In this document: one piece after another, positions 29,570 to 36,641 of the stretch
Numbering within the stretch: position 1 is the stretch's first letter
Layout of the letters: each line of letters starts with the position of its first letter
Assembly (NCBI GenBank): GCA_965223905.1
Contig: CBDCXV010000008.1
Location: 1-45,018 of the forward strand
Origin: Candidatus Latescibacterota bacterium
Lineage (GTDB): Bacteria > Latescibacterota > UBA2968 > UBA8231
DNA length: 45,018 nucleotides
Reading direction: 5' to 3'
The notes under the pieces: model-generated
Database searches by the model: none
Seen by the model: only the letters and a program-made list of their open reading frames with translations
Told to the model about the DNA's origin: nothing
Made by a program: the position numbers and the translations under genes

Positions 29570-29605
29570 TCTTCCCGATCTCCGGGCACGGCCGCTCTTC
29601 CGGAC

Positions 29606-29773
29606 CTAGTGCCTGCGCGCGTAATTAAGCGTACGAACGAGGGCGCCGATGCGCCCGGCTCGCAAGGCGCCTGAGCGAGCCGTACCGGGGGTGTACGGCG
29701 AGCGAAGGCAACGCGGCGAGGCCGGGATGCAGCGGCGACCGAATTCACGCGGAATTGCGCAAGCAGGCACTAG
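29606..29773 (-). mobile_element. MITE copy E (168 bp) inserted in the 3' end of the upstream GHL10-like gene
   Basis: CTAG at both ends, TIR CTAGTGCCTGC/GCAGGCACTAG; excision restores ...FPAPRSGRAAVPGDREE* overlapping the next GTG. Confidence 0.92.
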
Positions 29774-31418
29774 GCGCAGGAAAACCGCGTGATGGTTTCA
29801 TCGCCGGTACCTGGTTATAGCGAATCGTCAGCTCCACGTTGTTCAGGATGAGCTCCCCCAGACGCCGGGGATCCTCCCTGTCGCCTGCGATCGGACGCCC
29901 GCGCTTTGCCAACGTAACGGTTACCAGGTTGTCATCCTGTGTCGGCAGGAGAGCGCCGCTGAGGATCATGTCGATGCGGCCGAAGATGGTGCGCGCCGAA
30001 ACCGGCGCGAGGAGGGCATCGAGTGGAACCGGTTGGCCGTTGATCTTGAAGCTGAGCTCGTCTTCGGGACTCAGGTGCAGGATCCGCAGTCGCAAACACA
30101 CCTCGGCGAGCTCGCCCGCTGCCGCAGCCTCCCGCACGTCATCGGCAACGTTGATGGGCACGGAGTTGTCGCCCGCCTGCAGGGCCAGAGGCAGACCGCG
30201 CGAGCCCACATAGTGCTTGTCGCTGCGGGTCAGAGCCCCGGGATCACCGAACTCGGTCAGCATCTCCCAGTTTGCGTGCCTCGGATCGATGCGCGGCCAC
30301 CACATGTAGGCCCCATCCGCTCCCGCGCGCGCATAGGACCGCAGCTGGGCCCAGAGGATCTCGCGGGTGACCGGCCGCAGACTCAAATCGTCGTGGTTGG
30401 GGTTGCGCGTTCCGGCGAACACCTCGCAGCCCGACCCCTTGGCGGCTTCGATGTACTTCTTCATGTAGACCGCTCCTTCCATGGCGGCCACCGGCACCGT
30501 GGGCACGGCCATGTCCACCAATCCCCCCTCCATCCAGCCGATGATGTCGGCGCCGTCTTCGTACTCCATGTCCTGGTAGGTGCGGGTGGCGCCGGCGATG
30601 TGGAAGCGGACGATGCACTTGAGCCGCCTGCCCTTCCTCTCCCCCTCGCGGTCGAGAATGCCGCGAAAGCGGCGAATAAAGTCCGTCAGAAGCTCGCGAC
30701 CGGTGTCTGTCTCGTCGTACTTGAACAGGTGGTAGCTGCGGCAGAAGTTGATCTCGATTCCGTCGAGATCGTAGCGCCGCGCCAACTCCTCGAGCTCGGC
30801 CAACCGCCGGTTGCGCACCTCCTCGCGCGCGAAGTCCTGGACGAGGCTAGGCCCGCCGTGCCTGCTCCTCTCGTCCTTGTAGCCGAGCATGTACTCCGGG
30901 TGGCTCATCAGGAAATCCGTAGCCCGAGCGCGCGAACCTGCCTGATCGAACCATAGACGGGAGGCGTCCACGTGGGCGTCGCTGATGCGCGTTTTGATAT
31001 AGACCTGCTTTCCCACCGCGTGCAGGCGGGCGATGATGTCGGCGTAGGGGTCGTAGCCGACTTCGCGGAAGCGGGCGAAATTCCGCGCCATGTTCCAGAG
31101 CCCGCGCGTGCCGTCCGCGGCGAAAATCTGCCTGGACCGATGCGCAAAGGGAAACCGGTCGAGGATCTCGACGGTGTCACCGATACACTCGGCGACCTCG
31201 GTGTCGTAGAACAGGTAGTGGAGACCCTGGCAGATGCGGTAGACGACGGCCTCGACATCTGCCGCGATCAGGGGGTCGACGAAGGTGGCGAGGACTCGCC
31301 TGCGCGCCTCTTCGATGCGGATGTCGGAGGGACCGTCCGCGGAGATGAAGACCTGGTGAAACCACTGCGCCGCGTCTTCGAGAAAAATGTAACGAAACGA
31401 TTGGCCCGTTTCGGTCAT
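29745..31418 (-). CDS. Glycoside hydrolase-like 10 (DUF187-type) TIM-barrel protein, paralog of 27851-29569
   Basis: RISDAH, DFAREEVRNRRLAELEELARRYDLDGIEINFCR, DKHYV, NVELTIRY shared with its neighbour. Confidence 0.72.
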   Translation of the reverse strand: MTETGQSFRYIFLEDAAQWFHQVFISADGPSDIRIEEARRRVLATFVDPLIAADVEAVVYRICQGLHYLFYDTEVAECIGDTVEILDRFPFAHRSRQIFAADGTRGLWNMARNFARFREVGYDPYADIIARLHAVGKQVYIKTRISDAHVDASRLWFDQAGSRARATDFLMSHPEYMLGYKDERSRHGGPSLVQDFAREEVRNRRLAELEELARRYDLDGIEINFCRSYHLFKYDETDTGRELLTDFIRRFRGILDREGERKGRRLKCIVRFHIAGATRTYQDMEYEDGADIIGWMEGGLVDMAVPTVPVAAMEGAVYMKKYIEAAKGSGCEVFAGTRNPNHDDLSLRPVTREILWAQLRSYARAGADGAYMWWPRIDPRHANWEMLTEFGDPGALTRSDKHYVGSRGLPLALQAGDNSVPINVADDVREAAAAGELAEVCLRLRILHLSPEDELSFKINGQPVPLDALLAPVSARTIFGRIDMILSGALLPTQDDNLVTVTLAKRGRPIAGDREDPRRLGELILNNVELTIRYNQVPAMKPSRGFPAPSACLRNSA

Positions 31419-31433
31419 TGGAATCCCTGAGCC

Positions 31434-31489
31434 AAAAAAAAAGACCAATCCTCCCCGGAATCGGTTTTCCGGCGATTCCGGAGGAGGAT
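31434..31489 (-). terminator. Probable intrinsic terminator
   Basis: Stem ATCCTCC-CCGGAATCG / CGATTCCGG-GGAGGAT followed on the minus strand by TGGTC and T9. Confidence 0.65.
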
Positions 31490-31575
31490 CAGTCCTGTAT
31501 CTCGAAGCTGAAAGGTGTGTCTGGAATCTTTTGTCCCGGCTCCCACAGACCCAGACTCGCTCTCCGACCTCGGTC

Positions 31576-33471
31576 CTACTTCAGCAAGGTCAGCTTGCGA
31601 TTCTGGACAAAGGTGCCGGCCTCCATACGGTAGATGTACGTTCCGCTGGAGACTTCCTCACCCTGCAGATCGCGAGCATTCCACTCCGTCCGGTATGATC
31701 CGGCGCCAAGCTGCTCGTTGACCAGCCTGGCCACCACTTGGCCCGACACGTTGAAGATTTCCAGCTTCACGTGCCCAGCGTGAGGCAGTTTGAATTCGAT
31801 CGTCGTGGTCGCATTGAACGGGTTGGGGTATCCCTCGCCGAGCTCGTAGTCCCCGGGAGTCTCCCCCGCGGCCACCTCTTCGACTGCCGTGGGTTGCGAG
31901 CCGATGCTGCCTGTGAATACTTCGAAGGGAAAGTAGATCAGCGAGGCCGGCCCTACCGGAAAATCGTTCGCCACCTCACCGGTCTCGGGGTGGATCCCGG
32001 CGCCGACGTACAAGCCGTCGTACTTCGTGCCTTCGGAGACGAACTCAACATGTTTGTTGGTTTTGCCGAGACTATACCAGGGACCCTTCGCCGGGTCGAA
32101 GGTGTGGTGGAGCAGCCCGGTGCCGTCGCGACCCAACAAGCCGAAGTTGTATCCCGCGCCGTTGCCTTGGTCGGAGTACGCCGCGACCTTGCCGGATGGA
32201 TGGAGGGATTGCCCGACAGTCACTCCGTGGCTGCCGACGCCGCCCGTGGTTATGCCCATCTCGGCGGCCCACTCGATCGTGGCCCATTCGCCGTGGCCGT
32301 CGCCGATGCCGTTCACCCACTTGATGTTGCCGTTCAGATCCAGGAAAACCTTGTTGGGATTCTGCCAGTGCGTGATGAAGATGCCGCCTTCGTTCGCGTC
32401 CATTCCCCAGGGACCGTCGTAATCGATCCTCAAGGTCTCGTCCTCGTTTTTCTCGATGGTGTGCGTCCACTCGAACAGATCCCACTCGTCCAGGATCTCC
32501 CCGGTTGTCTTGGCAATGGACACCAGATGAGTGCGCTGGTGGTCGACACTCGGATTCGAAACGATGATTACGTCTCCGACGGGCTCGAGCTCCCTCGTGT
32601 CGCCCAGGAGGACGGAGACGCCGTCCACGCCCCATGCCGCGTCGTGCTCGAGGGTGGTGGCCGCCTCGTTGCGGGTCAGCCGCAAGATGCCGCCCTTCTT
32701 TCCGGTCTCCTCGTTTTCACTCCCACGGGCGGTCCAGTGTACGTTCGGATCCAGGTCGTCGGGTACGTTTCCCGAGGCGTTGCTGTCGCTGTCGTCGAAG
32801 CCGGTGATGTGCCAGATTTCCCAGGCACCGGGGTTCGCGATCCAGTCGTTGTCAAGGCTGCCCCAGTAGACCTCGTTGGGCGGATTTTCCGTTCTCGGCG
32901 CCCACGTCTCGCCGAGTATTGCATCGACGGAAAAGGGGCCCCATGCCCAGGCCTGGGAAGGACCGGCTATGGCGTGGTCGTCGAGATCGTTGAAAGCGAT
33001 CACGTCGTAGATCAAATCACCCGAGGCGGGATTGCCCTCCCAGTCGTTGCCGTCCCAGGAAATAGTCGTCGAACCGGCCTCGACGATGGTCTCCGGCGTC
33101 ATGGCCACGAACTTGGGCCCGGCCGACAGGCGCGTGATTGCGTCGTTGTGGCCGGAGGGACCGGTATCGGCGGAATGGGGTTCGTAGATGACGACCCAGA
33201 CCCGGGCGCGCTGGTTGATCTCGATCGGAATCTCCACCGAACCGCCGCTCCATTCCACGAAGCCGACCTCGACGTCCATGGGGGTGAATCCGTCGGAGCC
33301 AGGGGAACGCGTGGGAACCTGCCAGGGCCCGTTGCCCTCCTCATAGTCGCCTTCCAGGCTCGTACGGGAGCCTTCGTAGTTCGGGTGTTCGTTATAGGCC
33401 TGGGCTGAAACGCCATCCGCGAGCGGCCATACGAGGGCGGCGCCCAGCATGAAAAAGCACAGTGCTCGCAT
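31576..33471 (-). CDS. Secreted protein with N-terminal FlgD-like Ig, central beta-rich domain and C-terminal T9SS-A/FlgD-like sorting domain
   Basis: Signal peptide ...GVSA/Q; TISWDGNDWEG; tail YPNPFNATTTIEF...WNARDLQGEEVSSGTYIYRM...RKLTLLK. Confidence 0.85.
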   Translation of the reverse strand: MRALCFFMLGAALVWPLADGVSAQAYNEHPNYEGSRTSLEGDYEEGNGPWQVPTRSPGSDGFTPMDVEVGFVEWSGGSVEIPIEINQRARVWVVIYEPHSADTGPSGHNDAITRLSAGPKFVAMTPETIVEAGSTTISWDGNDWEGNPASGDLIYDVIAFNDLDDHAIAGPSQAWAWGPFSVDAILGETWAPRTENPPNEVYWGSLDNDWIANPGAWEIWHITGFDDSDSNASGNVPDDLDPNVHWTARGSENEETGKKGGILRLTRNEAATTLEHDAAWGVDGVSVLLGDTRELEPVGDVIIVSNPSVDHQRTHLVSIAKTTGEILDEWDLFEWTHTIEKNEDETLRIDYDGPWGMDANEGGIFITHWQNPNKVFLDLNGNIKWVNGIGDGHGEWATIEWAAEMGITTGGVGSHGVTVGQSLHPSGKVAAYSDQGNGAGYNFGLLGRDGTGLLHHTFDPAKGPWYSLGKTNKHVEFVSEGTKYDGLYVGAGIHPETGEVANDFPVGPASLIYFPFEVFTGSIGSQPTAVEEVAAGETPGDYELGEGYPNPFNATTTIEFKLPHAGHVKLEIFNVSGQVVARLVNEQLGAGSYRTEWNARDLQGEEVSSGTYIYRMEAGTFVQNRKLTLLK

Positions 33472-33501
33472 ACTCAAATCCTCTCGCATTCTCAAATCCT
33501 C
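33466..33501 (-). repeat. Tandem 18-bp duplication of RBS + start codon
   Basis: GAGGATTTGAGAATGCGA GAGGATTTGAGTATGCGA on the minus strand. Confidence 0.8.
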
Positions 33502-33640
33502 CTGTTAGGAAAGGCGTGAAATTTGCCAGGGTCAGTAAAAACTGGCGGTTACGAACCGGGCTAAATTACGGTACCAAAGTTTGGAATTCAACGGAAAATT
33601 GATTGACTTGGTCACTTCCAGGCACATCTGTTTCGAGCCC

Positions 33641-34852
33641 GTGATCCACGCCTTGCTCTTTCTCCTGATCGTGAGCCGGCCCTTTTGTACCGGTGCCCAG
33701 ACCAGTGTCGCTGCCGAGGTCGAGGCCTCCCGCGCGGCCGTGCAGCGCGATCCCGGCGACGTGGAGAACCGTATAAAGCTGGGCGTCGCCATGATAAAAC
33801 AGGGAGATCTGGCCGGCGCCGCGCGCCACCTGCGCAAGGCCATCCGGCTCGATCCGCTGAACGCACCGGCCCATAACTATCTCGGCAATGCCCTCTACTA
33901 CCAGGGGGATTCGGCAAGCGCCCTGGAGCAGCACCGCAAGGCCATCCGGCTCGATCCCGCATACGCCCAGGCGTACGGCGACCTGGGGGCGGTTCTCTTC
34001 GGGCAGCGGGATCTCGACGGGGCCATCCGCGCCTACCGCCATGCCCTGCGGTTGGATCCGGAACCCGCACGGACGCACTACAACCTCGGAATGGCCCTGC
34101 AGATCAAGGGCGAAGCAACCGAGGCGATCGACCATTACCGCCGTGCCGTGGGCAGGGATTCGGCCCATGTCGCAGCGCGCCTTCACCTCGCCGCCCTCCT
34201 CGCCGAGCAGGGCGATCTCGACGGCGCTGTCGCGGAGTACCGGGCCCTTCTCCATCTCGATCCGAAGAACGCGGACGCCCACAACAATTTCGGCCTCGCC
34301 CTGTTTCTCAAGAGAGATTTTCACGGGGCGCTCGAAGCCTGCCGGCAGGCGATCCGCCTCGACCCCGGCCACAAACGGGCGCACCTCAACCTGGGGCGCG
34401 TCCTGGTCGAGCAGGGAGATCTGGACGGAGGGATCCGGGCCTATCGCCGGGCCATGGCGGTCGATCCGCAGCACAGCGTCATCCCCTACCAGCTGGGACT
34501 CGCCCTCAAAGAGCAGGGGGACACGCAGGGGGCGATCGACGCCTTCCGGCAGGCCGTCGTCCTCAATCGCACCTATGCGGAGGCATACAACAGCCTCGGC
34601 GCCACCCTTTACGAGGACGGCGCCGTCCCGGAGGCGGCGGGAGCCTACGAGACGGCCATTCGGGTAAAGCCGGAGTTTGCCAGTCCACGCCACGGGTTGG
34701 CGGCGATTCTGAGCGAGCAGGGCGACCGGGAAGGGGCGTTGCACCAGTACCGGGAAATCGTCCGCATCGGGGACGACTACTACCTGCAGGAAGTGGCCAG
34801 GAAAATGATCAGGGCGATGGGGGAAGATCCAGAAGAGCCTCGCAAACCCTGA
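33641..34852 (+). CDS. Exported tetratricopeptide repeat protein (about 10 TPRs); start uncertain (33581 or 33641)
   Basis: 34-aa periodic A(H/Y)NNLG...GDLDGA...AIRLDP repeats after a hydrophobic leader. Confidence 0.9.
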   Translation: MIHALLFLLIVSRPFCTGAQTSVAAEVEASRAAVQRDPGDVENRIKLGVAMIKQGDLAGAARHLRKAIRLDPLNAPAHNYLGNALYYQGDSASALEQHRKAIRLDPAYAQAYGDLGAVLFGQRDLDGAIRAYRHALRLDPEPARTHYNLGMALQIKGEATEAIDHYRRAVGRDSAHVAARLHLAALLAEQGDLDGAVAEYRALLHLDPKNADAHNNFGLALFLKRDFHGALEACRQAIRLDPGHKRAHLNLGRVLVEQGDLDGGIRAYRRAMAVDPQHSVIPYQLGLALKEQGDTQGAIDAFRQAVVLNRTYAEAYNSLGATLYEDGAVPEAAGAYETAIRVKPEFASPRHGLAAILSEQGDREGALHQYREIVRIGDDYYLQEVARKMIRAMGEDPEEPRKP

Positions 34853-34855
34853 CCC

Positions 34856-36634
34856 TCACGGTCTCCCCGCAGGCACGATACCATGTCCTTCCAGCACCGT
34901 GAGGGCCCGGTCACCCTCCACATTCGCGAAAGTCTGTGTCGTTCCGGCCGGCCAGCGGATCTGCAACGTGTCGACCGCGGCCGCGGATCCGAGGCCGAAC
35001 AGGATCGACAGGCTGTTGTGGGACAGGTAACTGGAGCCGGCGCGCACCTCCCTGACCTGCTGCCGGCCGCCGGTCACGATCCGGACCTTGGCGCCGATGC
35101 CGTCGCGATTGCTGCGGGCGCCGCGGGTGCGGACCACCAGCCAGTGGTTGTCGGCGGCCGTGTCGTTGCGCAGCAGATTCGGCAGATCGTTTTTGTTGAC
35201 CACGAACAGGTCCTCATCCCCGTCGTTGTCGTAGTCGCCGGCTGCGGTGCCCCGACTCGAGCGCATCATCCTCGCCGCTTCGCCGACGCGAGTGGAAACG
35301 TCGACGAAGGTGTGGCCGTCGTTGCGGAAAAACTGGTTCCGCTGAGCGTACCTCGATTCCGGGTAATACCTCTCGAGCGCAGCGGTGATGTGGCCGTTTG
35401 CCATGAACAGGTCGCTGTCGCCGTCGCGATCGTAGTCCAGCAGAACCGTCCCCCACTGCACCGGGATGATCGTCGTCAGGGCAACGCCTGACTCAAATGA
35501 GACATTCGTAAAATTGAGACCCGCCTCGTTGCGGTACAGGGATGCCGCCTGAGCCTCGTAGTTGGCCACCACGAGGTCCTGATCGCCGTCGTTGTCGATG
35601 TCGCCGACGGCTACCCCCATGCTGCCTTCGGAGATACCGTTGGCGTCATGGGCGATCCCCAGACGTACGCCCTCCTCGTCGAAGCCCCCGTCTCCCCTGT
35701 TCGTGTAGAGAAAATTCGGCGACGTGTCGTTGGCCACGTACAAGTCCTGGTCGCCGTCGTCGTCGTAATCCCAGAACAGGGCTCCCAGGGCGCGGCCCAG
35801 TTCCCTGTTCAGGCCCGCCGCAGCGGTAACGTCGACAAAGGTGCCGTCGCCGTCGTTGCGGTAAAGCAGGTCCGGCTCTCCGTCGAAAAGTTCCGGGGCG
35901 GGCACCATGACCACGCCCCGGGTCACCGCGACCTTGTCACCGCGGCGCTCGCCGGGAAGCATCGTCGTCGCCGGATCGAACTGAATGTAGTTACCGGCAA
36001 ACAGATCGAGATCGCCGTCGTTGTCGTAGTCGCCGAAGGCACAGGCCGAGCCGTACGCCCCATGGTCCGTGCCCGTCTGCGCCGAGACATCGGCAAAGCT
36101 GCCGTCGCCGTCGTTGCGGTAGAACACGTTGGGCCCGTAATAGGTAATGAACAGGTCGCGGTCGTCGTCGTTGTCGTAGTCGCCGGCCACGCAGCCAGCG
36201 CCCCAGCCAGTCCTGGCGACGCCGGCTTCTGCTGCAACATCGACGAACGTGCCGTTGCCCTGGTTGCGAAACAGTCCGTTGCGCGGCGCCCTGCCGTCGA
36301 ACGGAGGGGCGACATCGCGCGAAAAGCGTACGAAGCGCGGGCCGTCGAATCCCAGGCCGCCGTTGACGATGTAGAGGTCGAGATTACCATCGTCGTCGTA
36401 ATCGAAAAAGGCGGCACCCGTACCCGTCGACTCGATGAGGGTGACGGCGTCGTCGTTGCCGTACCAGTTGCGGAATTCCAGGCCCGCTGCCGCTGTCACA
36501 TCGGTGAACTGCGGCACACTGGGGGCCGCTTGGGGGGCCGCCTGGCCGGGAGCGAGGAGAAACGGACACAGGAAGAGGAATCGGAGGCACTGCAAGCCGG
36601 GCGTCCTTCTCCCAACGGGGCAACGCGAGCGCAC
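34856..36634 (-). CDS. CRTAC1-family secreted protein (FG-GAP + ASPIC/UnbV)
   Basis: Signal-like leader; IESTGTGAAFFDYDDDG; FG-GAP repeats; GSSYLSHNSLSILFGLG. Confidence 0.92.
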   Translation of the reverse strand: MRSRCPVGRRTPGLQCLRFLFLCPFLLAPGQAAPQAAPSVPQFTDVTAAAGLEFRNWYGNDDAVTLIESTGTGAAFFDYDDDGNLDLYIVNGGLGFDGPRFVRFSRDVAPPFDGRAPRNGLFRNQGNGTFVDVAAEAGVARTGWGAGCVAGDYDNDDDRDLFITYYGPNVFYRNDGDGSFADVSAQTGTDHGAYGSACAFGDYDNDGDLDLFAGNYIQFDPATTMLPGERRGDKVAVTRGVVMVPAPELFDGEPDLLYRNDGDGTFVDVTAAAGLNRELGRALGALFWDYDDDGDQDLYVANDTSPNFLYTNRGDGGFDEEGVRLGIAHDANGISEGSMGVAVGDIDNDGDQDLVVANYEAQAASLYRNEAGLNFTNVSFESGVALTTIIPVQWGTVLLDYDRDGDSDLFMANGHITAALERYYPESRYAQRNQFFRNDGHTFVDVSTRVGEAARMMRSSRGTAAGDYDNDGDEDLFVVNKNDLPNLLRNDTAADNHWLVVRTRGARSNRDGIGAKVRIVTGGRQQVREVRAGSSYLSHNSLSILFGLGSAAAVDTLQIRWPAGTTQTFANVEGDRALTVLEGHGIVPAGRP

Positions 36635-36641
36635 CGGCGCG

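Noticed and set aside
9538-29773. Repeated palindromic sequence considered as CRISPR repeats, REP/BIME or attC sites
   Set aside because: Copies are dispersed rather than regularly spaced, have TIRs and target duplications, and interrupt genes; no cas, RAYT or integrase gene is present
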